64,000 nucleotides of DNA from Candidatus Zixiibacteriota bacterium. Its GTDB lineage: Bacteria; Zixibacteria; MSB-5A5; GN15; FEB-12. The notes under the pieces were generated by a model. The model saw only the letters and a list, made by a program, of their open reading frames with translations. It was not told where the DNA came from and did no database searches. This document shows, piece by piece, positions 55,237-63,083 of this stretch. Location of the stretch: positions 797 to 64,796 of the forward strand of contig JAQUSF010000001.1 in assembly GCA_028715215.1 (NCBI GenBank). Direction: 5' to 3'. How positions within the stretch are numbered: the first letter of the stretch is position 1; every line of letters begins with the position of its first letter. A program made the translations under genes and the position numbers.

Positions 55237-56523
55237 CTACTCAATCACCGAAAATAAACTTGAAAAATCCCAGATTCCGAAGGTTTCCATGATAATGCCG
55301 GTTATAATTGCCACCAGCATGACCGCCTTACCCATATCCTGGCCCTTTATCGAACCCAGTAACTTTGGTTCTTTGGACAGGTAAGCCGAGGCGGTAAAGA
55401 GTTCCTCGCCAATTAAAGTATAATCACAGGCGGCCACAAAAAAAGGCAGCTGCGAGGGCATGGCCGTCCCGGCAATCTGAATTGCTCCGATAGAATTGCC
55501 GGTCTCAGCCAGTATCAAAGATTCGGCATAAAAAGTGCCCATGAAAAAAATAGTGGCAGGTCTTTCCCGGACGACCATACCATCGATACCCGCCGCATAA
55601 CCGAACTGGTCATCGGTTAAATAGTGAACCTGGTCTTCCTGGAAGGCATCGGGGCGGCCGACTTTTGAATATGCTTCCTTGACCACTTCCTTGGCCGTCA
55701 CCATGACCATCGAACGACACACCGGGACCTCCAGCCAGGTTTCATATTGAGCGGCCAGCTCCGCAACCCGTCCCAGGATAGTGATACTGGCGATTGTCTG
55801 CATATTATCCATATCAGAAAGACCGGGGATATAGAAAATCTTTTTCCCCATCTCGGTAGCTCTCCCCACGGCTTCGTCCACCGCTTCGAGACCGGCTATT
55901 TTGCGGATAAAAAGTTCTTTTCCGGAACGAGCCTGGCGGATAAAAATGATAATGAATGAACTTAAAAGGAGTACCCCTATTAAAGCATTACTGCGGCGCC
56001 AGTCGAACCACTGGGCGGCGGATTTCACCGGACCGGCCGGTTCCGAAAGAGTTTCCGCCAGCCAGGCAAGCTCGTTGTTGATTTTTAAAAAATTGACGGC
56101 TTGAACAACATAATAATAACTCACCCCATCGCGGGTGTTACCGTCCTGATAGGAATAAACGGTTTTCCCTGCGGGTATATCGCCGACTTCTTTGTATTCC
56201 CCCGGCTGACCGTCGATCACTTCGGCTCGAAAAATCCGGTATTCCTTTACTTTGCCGCCGGTAAAATCATCGGGCGAGCGATCCCAGGTAATATTAATAG
56301 TCTCACCGGCATCATTGGGATTATCGCCGACCACAATATTAATAGCCGGTAAAGGGTAAGTCTCGGCCGGAACTTCACCGGACCGGCCACCCTGAAAAAA
56401 AGTATCATCCGGGATGATATTTTGCTGAGCGCCTGTAACTTGTGGGAGGAGAAGAAGGAAAAATAAATACATAAAAAAAGCCGAACCGGCTTTCAGATCG
56501 GGGTTGGCGGCAATTTTCGGCAA
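55237..56523 (-). CDS. cassette subunit A, copy 3 (first gene of the operon)
   Basis: 428 aa. TTG start with AAGGA about 10 nt upstream; the alternative start is ATG 56472. Signal is ..FFMYLFFLLLLPQVTGAQQ. Fn3-like region is INITWDRSPDD..G.VKEYRIFRAE......YKEVG.....K..YSYQD....DGVSYYYVVQAVN. The TM helix is followed by RQARSGKELFIRK. Motifs: AGLEAVDEAVGRATEMG, FYAESLILAETG, IQIAGT, QLPFFVAACDYTLIGEELFTASAYL. Confidence 0.85.
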   Translation of the reverse strand: MPKIAANPDLKAGSAFFMYLFFLLLLPQVTGAQQNIIPDDTFFQGGRSGEVPAETYPLPAINIVVGDNPNDAGETINITWDRSPDDFTGGKVKEYRIFRAEVIDGQPGEYKEVGDIPAGKTVYSYQDGNTRDGVSYYYVVQAVNFLKINNELAWLAETLSEPAGPVKSAAQWFDWRRSNALIGVLLLSSFIIIFIRQARSGKELFIRKIAGLEAVDEAVGRATEMGKKIFYIPGLSDMDNMQTIASITILGRVAELAAQYETWLEVPVCRSMVMVTAKEVVKEAYSKVGRPDAFQEDQVHYLTDDQFGYAAGIDGMVVRERPATIFFMGTFYAESLILAETGNSIGAIQIAGTAMPSQLPFFVAACDYTLIGEELFTASAYLSKEPKLLGSIKGQDMGKAVMLVAIITGIIMETFGIWDFSSLFSVIE

Positions 56524-56562
56524 ATTCTATAAATCCTTTTCCTCATTTAATCAATTTTGGCA

Positions 56563-56590
56563 AGTTATACCTCAAACATCTCGAAGTCAA
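56563..56590 (-). promoter_or_regulatory. sigma70-like promoter candidate for the cassette operon
   Basis: On the minus strand: TTGACT (complement of 56585-56590), 15-16 nt of spacer, then TATAAC/ATAACT (complement of 56563-56569). It lies about 40 nt upstream of the A3 start. Sequence-only. Confidence 0.3.
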
Positions 56591-56787
56591 GCGAAAAAAG
56601 GCTTGTTGTCTTTATTCCCTGATTCTCCGGGTAACATCATCGGAATATTTAACTTTTAAAAGACGAACCAGATGCAACAATGTTTAAGAAGCAGCGGATA
56701 AGCATTTGACAATAAAGAGAAAAACCGGCGCGAGAAAAATAATCAGGGCTCCTATCTTCAATTATAATTAATCCGTTAAAAACCCTC

Positions 56788-56816
56788 TTTACAAATCCGG
56801 GGTGTTATATTATACT
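56788..56816 (+). promoter_or_regulatory. sigma70-like promoter candidate for the GlmL-like operon
   Basis: TTTACA (56788-56793), a 17-nt spacer, then TATACT (56811-56816), about 97 nt upstream of ATG 56913. Sequence-only. Confidence 0.4.
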
Positions 56817-56912
56817 AATCAGCTAACGTGGCGATTAGTCGGAATTTGTCATAACAATTTATTGTGTGGCAAGAGCATAAAGGAAAAAGATTTAGTTTAG
56901 AGCAGGTTATAA

Positions 56913-58775
56913 ATGGCAAAATTTGAAAATCCGGAAGACATCAAGGTCATAGTGGCAACCGACTGTGGCTCGACAACCACCAAAGCCATCCTGATAGAAT
57001 ATATCAATGGCGAGTACCGTTTGATATCGCGAGGTGAAGCTCCGACAACGGTGGAAGCTCCGTTTGAGGACGTCACCATGGGAGTTCTAAATGCGGTAGG
57101 TGAACTGGAAGAACTCACCGGGCGGAAGATACTCGATGACAAGGGGAAATTTATTACTCCCTCCCGGGAGAATATCGGCACCGATATTTATATATCCACT
57201 TCTTCAGCCGGGGGCGGTTTGCAGATGATGGTCGCCGGCGTGGTCCGTTCCATGACGGCCGAATCGGCGGAACGCGCCGCCCTGGGGGCAGGCGCCATTG
57301 TTATGGATGTTATAGCTTCCAACGACAAACGTCTTCCCCATCAGCAGATTGAACGTATCCGGCATCTCCGGCCCGATATGATTTTATTATCCGGGGGCAT
57401 CGACGGCGGCACGACCACGCACGTCGTGGAAATCGCTGAACTGGTATCAGCCGCTGACCCCAAACCCCGACTCGGCTCCGGCTACAAATTACCCATCATC
57501 TATGCCGGCAATAAAGACGCTATGGTAGCCGTTAAAAACACCCTGGCTGACAAGGTCGACCTGAAAACCGTACCCAATCTTCGTCCCGTTCTGGAACGGG
57601 AAAACCTCGGACCGGCTCGCGAAGAAATCCACGAGTTGTTCATGGAACACGTAATGGCTCAAGCCCCGGGTTACCGTAAACTCATGTCCTGGACGGACGC
57701 CCCGATCATGCCGACCCCCGGCGCTGTAGGTCTTATCATCCAGACCATCGCCGACCAGTACAATATTGAAGCGGTCGGGGTGGACATCGGCGGCGCCACT
57801 ACGGATATTTTTTCAGTTTTCCGTCCCGACGGGACAACGCCGATATTCAACCGCACCGTATCAGCCAACCTGGGGATGTCGTATTCGATATCCAATGTTT
57901 TTGCCGAGGCAACAGTCCCGATGGTTATGCGCTGGGTGCCTTTTCACATGAATGAACGCGATTTAAGAAACCGGGTTAAGAACAAGATGATCCGTCCCAC
58001 GACCATTCCCCAGTCGCTGGAAGAATTGATTTTCGAACAGGCGGTAGCCAAGGAAGCTTTGCGGCTGGCCTTTATTCAACATAAAAATTTCGCCACCGTC
58101 CTCAAAGGTATACAGCAACAGCGGACGATCGCCGACGCCTTCGAGCAATCGGCCTCCGGGGAAACGATTGTTAATATGATGTCGCTGAATATGCTCATCG
58201 GTTCGGGAGGGGTTCTATCGCACGCTCCGCGCCGGCAACAGTCGGCCCAGATGCTAATCGATGCCTTCCAACCCGAAGGCGTTACCCGCCTGTCAGTTGA
58301 CTCTATCTTCATGATGCCCCAGCTGGGCGTGCTGACCGAGGTGCAGCCCAAAGCCGCCACCGAAGTTTTTGAAAAAGACTGTCTGATTCACCTGGGCACC
58401 TGTATCGCACCGGCGGGGACTTTCAAAAAACCCGGGCCGATTATGAAATATACAATCGAACTCCCTGAGGGCACCGTTTCCGGCACCCTGAACACCCTGG
58501 AGATGAAACTCTTCAAACTGGGCCTGGCGGAAAACGGTCTGCCGTTAACCGCCCGGGCTACTTTTGAACCGGAACGGGGATTCGACGTCGGCAGCGGCAA
58601 GGGTTCAAAAGTCACGATGGAAGTTCACGGCGGGGTGGTGGGTATTATCCTCGACGGCCGCGGACGCCCCTTCGAACTGTCCAGCCTCAGCGAAACCGAC
58701 CGTGTTTCTTACCTGATGCAATGGATTAAAGAACTGAATATTTACCCTGAAGGAGACTGGTCTAAAGCCAGATAA
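56913..58775 (+). CDS. GlmL/MutL-like ASKHA-fold ATPase (glutamate-mutase accessory protein family by memory), 620 aa
   Basis: Two actin-fold phosphate loops, VIVATDCGSTTTKAILI and AVGVDIGGATTDIFSVF. Also ..ISTSSAGGGLQMMV.. and ..ILLSGGIDGG. It is longer than the canonical family members I recall. No mutase subunit genes are nearby. Confidence 0.7.
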   Translation: MAKFENPEDIKVIVATDCGSTTTKAILIEYINGEYRLISRGEAPTTVEAPFEDVTMGVLNAVGELEELTGRKILDDKGKFITPSRENIGTDIYISTSSAGGGLQMMVAGVVRSMTAESAERAALGAGAIVMDVIASNDKRLPHQQIERIRHLRPDMILLSGGIDGGTTTHVVEIAELVSAADPKPRLGSGYKLPIIYAGNKDAMVAVKNTLADKVDLKTVPNLRPVLERENLGPAREEIHELFMEHVMAQAPGYRKLMSWTDAPIMPTPGAVGLIIQTIADQYNIEAVGVDIGGATTDIFSVFRPDGTTPIFNRTVSANLGMSYSISNVFAEATVPMVMRWVPFHMNERDLRNRVKNKMIRPTTIPQSLEELIFEQAVAKEALRLAFIQHKNFATVLKGIQQQRTIADAFEQSASGETIVNMMSLNMLIGSGGVLSHAPRRQQSAQMLIDAFQPEGVTRLSVDSIFMMPQLGVLTEVQPKAATEVFEKDCLIHLGTCIAPAGTFKKPGPIMKYTIELPEGTVSGTLNTLEMKLFKLGLAENGLPLTARATFEPERGFDVGSGKGSKVTMEVHGGVVGIILDGRGRPFELSSLSETDRVSYLMQWIKELNIYPEGDWSKAR

Positions 58776-58789
58776 ATATTTTGTTGAAG

Positions 58790-59530
58790 ATGAAAAAATA
58801 TCGTCCTTTAATTTTAACCCTGTCAATGATGGTCCTGGCGGCAGCGGGCCTGGCAGCAAGCGTAAACTATGTCAGCTTCAACGGTGAATTTTATATCACT
58901 TACCCCGACAACTGGTACCAGGTCGACTACAACACCGTTGACTATTACCTGTCCAGTATCCAGGCTAATCGTGAAAGTTACCAGTATGAAGCCGTCTTCG
59001 CCGAGAGAAAATCTATCCCTTTTCATGCCGGTAATTACCTGATCCTGACCCTTGAAAAGGTGGGAAAACTGGACAATCGTCAGGTCGATTCCCTTCTGGC
59101 TGACCTGGACAGCGTTTTCGCCGAGGGGCGTAAATACTTCCCCTCCGGCAACCTTCTGTCCGACCTTAAATCCAACACCCTGTATTACGACCGGGCGAAT
59201 AAAACGATTACTCTCCTCAGCGAAATGTCCGATGACAACCAGGTTCTCAAGAAAAATATCTGGACTATGAAACTTTACGATAAGGGCATCGCCAATTTCT
59301 ATTTTTATTCTCCCGACTCGGTATATGAAGCGAGTAAGGCGGTATTAAATGATATCGTCTCATCGTTCTCAACCGAGAATATCAGCCAGGCCATGCCCAA
59401 AGAACAATTAAGGATAAGCGACACCGGAAATAAAGGAATCTATAGCACCTTAGGCTTGATTATCACCCCGGCCGCAGCCCTGATAGTAATTATTATTCTG
59501 GCGGTCTATATAAGGCGTCGAAGAAAATAG
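58790..59530 (+). CDS. hypothetical bitopic protein (N-terminal signal/anchor, about 190-aa external domain, C-terminal TM + RRRRK)
   Basis: MKKYRPLILTLSMMVLAAAGLAASV... at the N-terminus and ...LGLIITPAAALIVIIILAVYIRRRRK at the C-terminus. ATG 58790 is preferred to TTG 58781. It begins 15 nt after the upstream gene. Confidence 0.55.
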   Translation: MKKYRPLILTLSMMVLAAAGLAASVNYVSFNGEFYITYPDNWYQVDYNTVDYYLSSIQANRESYQYEAVFAERKSIPFHAGNYLILTLEKVGKLDNRQVDSLLADLDSVFAEGRKYFPSGNLLSDLKSNTLYYDRANKTITLLSEMSDDNQVLKKNIWTMKLYDKGIANFYFYSPDSVYEASKAVLNDIVSSFSTENISQAMPKEQLRISDTGNKGIYSTLGLIITPAAALIVIIILAVYIRRRRK

Positions 59531-59581
59531 TAAAATTGTCCGGTTAGCTCCGGATTAATGATAGCTTAGAAAGGGAAACCA

Positions 59582-60706
59582 ATGGGTCATGCATATACCC
59601 CCGGTCTTAAAGTAACCGAACGAATGCTGATAAAGAAAAACCGCATCCTGCCGTTGAAAGGTGACGTCCAGGTAAAGGTGGGAGACATGGTAAAGCCTGA
59701 CGATGTCGTGGCCCGGACTCTGCTCCCCGGAAACGTTCTGCCTTTAAATGTCGCTAATAAACTGGGCGTTCCCCCCGAGGATATCGACATGGTCATGCTC
59801 AAAAAAGTGGGTGACCCCATTAAAGAGGGTGAACCGATTGCCTTGTCCAAAACCCTTTTTATCTTCAAAAACTATTGTCACGCTACCCTGACCGGAAAAA
59901 TCGAATCCATCTCGAACATTACCGGGCAGGTCCTGCAGCGCGGGGAACCTTCCCCGGTTGAAGTCAAGGCTTATCTTGACGGCAAGGTTACCGATGTTTT
60001 TCCCAATGAGGGCGTGGTGGTTACCTGCCTGGCTTCGTTTGTTCAGGGTATTTTCGGCATCGGCGGCGAGACCTATGGTAAATTAAAAGTAGTAACCAGA
60101 GACAACACCATGGTACTGGATGAAAGTTTTATCAAACCGGAACTGAAGGGCCAGATAATAGTTGGTGGTTCCCTGGTAACTGCGGCGGCCCTCAAGAAAG
60201 CCATCGCGGTCGGTATTAAGGGTATTGTCGTCGGAGGTTTCGACGATAAGGACCTTCGTGATTTCCTCGGATACGATATCGGGGTCGCCATTACCGGCGC
60301 GGAAAATATCGGCACTACCCTGGTGGTTACCGAGGGTTTCGGCCAGATAAACATGGCTTATAAAACCTTCGAGCTTTTGAAAAGGCACGAAGGCGAGATG
60401 GCCTGTATGAACGGAGCCACCCAAATCCGGGCCGGTGTTATTCGGCCCGAGGTGGTTATTCCTTCGGCCGATTCATCTGCCATATCCGAGAAGGCGGTTG
60501 AATCCCGGATACAGGGCCTGGAAATCGGTTCACCGGTTCGTGTCATCCGTCACCCCTATTTCGGCAGCTTGGGCAAAGTCAGTGCATTACCTGCCCAGCT
60601 ACAGGTCCTGGAATCGGAGTCTAAAGCCCGTATCCTGGAAGTGGAATTTGAAAACGGCAAGCGGGCGATGGTTCCCCGGGCTAATGTCGAAATGATTGAA
60701 AGCTAA
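59582..60706 (+). CDS. hypothetical protein with N-terminal barrel-sandwich (lipoyl-like) motifs and a C-terminal KOW/SH3-like segment
   Basis: 374 aa. ..VKVGDMVKPDDVVA.. and ..KKVGDPIKEGEPIA.. are hybrid-barrel-like. The central region is ..IIVGGSLVTAAALKKAIAVGIKGIVVGGF... The C-terminus is ..IGSPVRVIRHPYFGSLGKV.......ARILEVEFENGKRAMVPRANVE. Domain calls are by eye only. Confidence 0.55.
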   Translation: MGHAYTPGLKVTERMLIKKNRILPLKGDVQVKVGDMVKPDDVVARTLLPGNVLPLNVANKLGVPPEDIDMVMLKKVGDPIKEGEPIALSKTLFIFKNYCHATLTGKIESISNITGQVLQRGEPSPVEVKAYLDGKVTDVFPNEGVVVTCLASFVQGIFGIGGETYGKLKVVTRDNTMVLDESFIKPELKGQIIVGGSLVTAAALKKAIAVGIKGIVVGGFDDKDLRDFLGYDIGVAITGAENIGTTLVVTEGFGQINMAYKTFELLKRHEGEMACMNGATQIRAGVIRPEVVIPSADSSAISEKAVESRIQGLEIGSPVRVIRHPYFGSLGKVSALPAQLQVLESESKARILEVEFENGKRAMVPRANVEMIES

Positions 60707-60720
60707 TACAATACATCAAA

Positions 60721-60749
60721 AAAACCTCCCCGGATGGGGAGGTTTTTTA
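60721..60749 (+). terminator. rho-independent terminator of the GlmL-like operon
   Basis: cctcccc / ggggagg stem with loop ggat, then TTTTTT. Lies 15 nt after the stop at 60706. Confidence 0.8.
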
Positions 60750-60773
60750 TAAACAACTATTTTCCTATCAAGT

Positions 60774-60989
60774 TTATTCCGCTTCACCGGAGGGGATTTC
60801 TTCACCGGTTTTAAGACTGTCGGGAAGAATGGTATCGACCATAGCCGAATCCATGCGGGTACTGTCCATCATTTCCTCCGGTTGACCTGCCGGGGCAGTA
60901 TCCTGGGGGGGTTCTTTTTTCTGTCCGCAGCCCGTCAACAGGCTCAGAACGAAGAGTAAAACGAAACAAAGCAACAACAATCTCTTCAT
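60774..60989 (-). CDS. small hypothetical lipoprotein
   Basis: MKRLLLLCFVLLFVLSLLTGCGQKKE has a lipobox, followed by a short acidic/Pro-rich mature part. No family recognised. Confidence 0.4.
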   Translation of the reverse strand: MKRLLLLCFVLLFVLSLLTGCGQKKEPPQDTAPAGQPEEMMDSTRMDSAMVDTILPDSLKTGEEIPSGEAE

Positions 60990-61221
60990 TATAACCTCCA
61001 TGGTAAATAATGATTACATAAATACCTATAGTTTTCTTAAAATGGAACCTGAGGAGTTCAAGTCAAGTTTAATATTATCCGGCCTTGATATAATTTCGGG
61101 AAATGCTGTTTTTGTTGACGGTTTCGCAGGGTTGACATATTATTCTGGTCCGGGCAGGACAAATAAATCCCGGATATGATGCGGTTTTAAACTTTTTAAA
61201 CAGGAAGAGCGTAAAACAGAT

Positions 61222-61938
61222 ATGACGGAACATATTATAGCAGGTATTTTCACCGGAACAATCTGGCAGATTATTGGTGACACTTCACCCTTCGGTATTT
61301 TCATTTTGATTATCCTGGCTCTCATGTCGCTGGTTTCATGGATGATTATTTTTTATAAATGGCGGGAGTTCCGGGCGGTGGATAAAGCCGGTTTACTTTT
61401 CAGCGAATACTTCCAGCATTCGTCAAATATTGCCGATGCCGCCGGTCGAGCTAAAGCGGCTTCCCTCTCGCCTCTTTCAAGAATATTTATATCCGGGTTC
61501 GAGCAACTTACGGCTCTCAAGGAATTGAAAAACGAAGCCGGCAAGCTGCAGTCCAGGGTCGTTCCTTTAAATGCCGATGATTTCGAAATTATTGAAATGA
61601 CGATGGAGAAGACATTAACCGAAGAAATCAGCAAACTGGAAAGAAAAATCGTTTTTTTAGCTATCACAGGTAGTTCCGCTCCCTTTATGGGCTTGCTGGG
61701 GACGGTGGTGGGAATCATGAATGCCTTCTGGTCGATTGGTCAACGGGGTTCGGCCTCGCTTGCGGTGGTGGCCCCGGGTATTGCCGAAGCCCTGCTGGCG
61801 ACGATTGTCGGCCTTGGTGCCGCCATCCCGGCCGTGATTGCCTTCAACTGGGCTAATAATAAACTGAAATATATCAATGACCGGGCTTATGGTTTCAACC
61901 TGGAATTTATCGCCCGGGCTAAAAAGGAAACTCTTTAA
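61222..61938 (+). CDS. tolQ: TolQ (MotA/TolQ/ExbB proton-channel family)
   Basis: Three TM helices and a C-terminal ..LGLLGTVVGIMNAF......G.......VAPGIAEAL.AT..GL..AIPAV.A.N. It is followed by tolR, a TonB_C protein and tolB. Confidence 0.85.
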   Translation: MTEHIIAGIFTGTIWQIIGDTSPFGIFILIILALMSLVSWMIIFYKWREFRAVDKAGLLFSEYFQHSSNIADAAGRAKAASLSPLSRIFISGFEQLTALKELKNEAGKLQSRVVPLNADDFEIIEMTMEKTLTEEISKLERKIVFLAITGSSAPFMGLLGTVVGIMNAFWSIGQRGSASLAVVAPGIAEALLATIVGLGAAIPAVIAFNWANNKLKYINDRAYGFNLEFIARAKKETL

Positions 61939-62369
61939 TGCAGCGTCGTCGCGTTCGTAGATATAACGCCTATTCCGATATCAATATCGCCAATTTGGTC
62001 GATGTGGTGCTGGTATTGCTGATCATCTTCATGATTTCGGCACCCCTGTTACAGTCTGGTATCGAGGTCGACCTGCCCAAAACCCGGGCGGCGATAATTG
62101 ACTCGGAAGCCCAGGGCGTGGTAGTGTCCATCGATACCAGGGGGGGAATTTATATCAACGATGTCTGGGTTCGCCTGGATAATCTCGAAACCGCTCTTGA
62201 TGAAGAAATGCGCAGCAAGAATACTTCCATGGTTTACCTTCGAGCCGATTCCACTATCACCTATGGACTGGCCATCCAGGTTATCGCCCGCATTAAAGAA
62301 ATGGGCATCGACGCCATCAGCCTGGTCACTACTCCGCTGGAAGAAAACAGCACAAAAAGGAAAAAGTAA
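61938..62369 (+). CDS. tolR: TolR (ExbD/TolR family)
   Basis: ..SDINIANLVDVVLVLLIIFMISAPLL..GIEVDLPK.., ..V.L.AD....YG....V......G. The ATG overlaps the tolQ stop. Confidence 0.85.
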   Translation: MQRRRVRRYNAYSDINIANLVDVVLVLLIIFMISAPLLQSGIEVDLPKTRAAIIDSEAQGVVVSIDTRGGIYINDVWVRLDNLETALDEEMRSKNTSMVYLRADSTITYGLAIQVIARIKEMGIDAISLVTTPLEENSTKRKK

Positions 62370-62374
62370 CCGTC

Positions 62375-63079
62375 ATGAGGCGCGATTTTTTACTTTCCAT
62401 CCTGCTCCATGTCTGTTTTATAGCAGCCACTTTCGTAACTTCGCCCTTCGATACCCGCCCTCTTATAAAACCGGGTGAAACAATTCGTGTCTCGCTTACC
62501 GCCATGCCGGCTTTCGCCTCGGATGAACCGGAACCGCTGGCGCCCTTAATCATTCCCCAGGCAATCGAAGAAGAACTGCCGGAAATTCCCATCGACGCAC
62601 CGACCACCCGTCCGGCGGTGAAAGAAAATAAAAAGCCCGCCGAAACCAAACCGCAACCCAAAACCGACAAACCCTACAATCCCCAGACCAAAACCGGCGA
62701 TAAAACCCAGGCGGGCACCAGCAACGGTAAAATCGACGCCACCACGACCGGTTACGGTTCTCCTTTTGCCGGAGCCACCGTGGACAATGTCACATTCAAT
62801 AAGTATCCTTACTGGTATGACCAGGCTTTCAGCAAAATACTCCGTAACTGGAGTAATCCGGTGGTTTCCGACGGCGCTATTGTGTGCGTAATATATTTTC
62901 AGGTAATTAAATCAGGACGCATGATAGAAGCGAAAATCGAAAAAACATCGGGTATTCCCGCTTTTGACAATGCCTGCCTGCTGGCAGTGCAAAAAGCCTC
63001 CCCGTTTCCCCCCTTACCACGGGAGTTTCGGGAAGAAATTATCGGGATAACCCTTCCTTTTAAATATGAACCGAGGTAA
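62375..63079 (+). CDS. TolA-position energy transducer with a TonB-type C-terminal domain
   Basis: N-terminal anchor LLSILLHVCFIAATFV, a Pro/Lys/Glu-rich spacer (..EPEPLAPLIIPQ..KPAETKPQPKTDKPYNPQTK..) and a C-terminal ..Y......I...W..P.......V.....I...G.I.......SSG...FD..A..AV......PPLP. Confidence 0.7.
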   Translation: MRRDFLLSILLHVCFIAATFVTSPFDTRPLIKPGETIRVSLTAMPAFASDEPEPLAPLIIPQAIEEELPEIPIDAPTTRPAVKENKKPAETKPQPKTDKPYNPQTKTGDKTQAGTSNGKIDATTTGYGSPFAGATVDNVTFNKYPYWYDQAFSKILRNWSNPVVSDGAIVCVIYFQVIKSGRMIEAKIEKTSGIPAFDNACLLAVQKASPFPPLPREFREEIIGITLPFKYEPR

Positions 63080-63083
63080 TTTA

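Larger units (their letters stand above)
45557..56523 (-). repeat. three tandem, diverged copies of a four-gene cassette (A-B-C-D x3), one operon
   Basis: Same gene order and orientation three times: 56523-52916, 52904-49207 and 49171-45557. Each of the four proteins aligns with its counterparts in the other two copies (see the individual CDS entries). Confidence 0.9.

Noticed and set aside
45548-56352. Plus-strand ORFs across the cassette region (for example 45548-46324, 46714-47289, 47990-48685, 53069-53416, 56101-56352) and the off-frame minus ORF 54830-55135
   Set aside because: They are antisense or off-frame relative to the 12 minus-strand genes. Those genes are supported by paralogue conservation, RBSs and membrane-protein hydropathy.
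45557-56523. The possibility that the threefold cassette is an assembly artefact or a very recent duplication
   Set aside because: Homologous stretches differ by many substitutions at the DNA level. The paralogues also differ in length and TM number. Collapsed or duplicated assembly errors would give near-identical copies.
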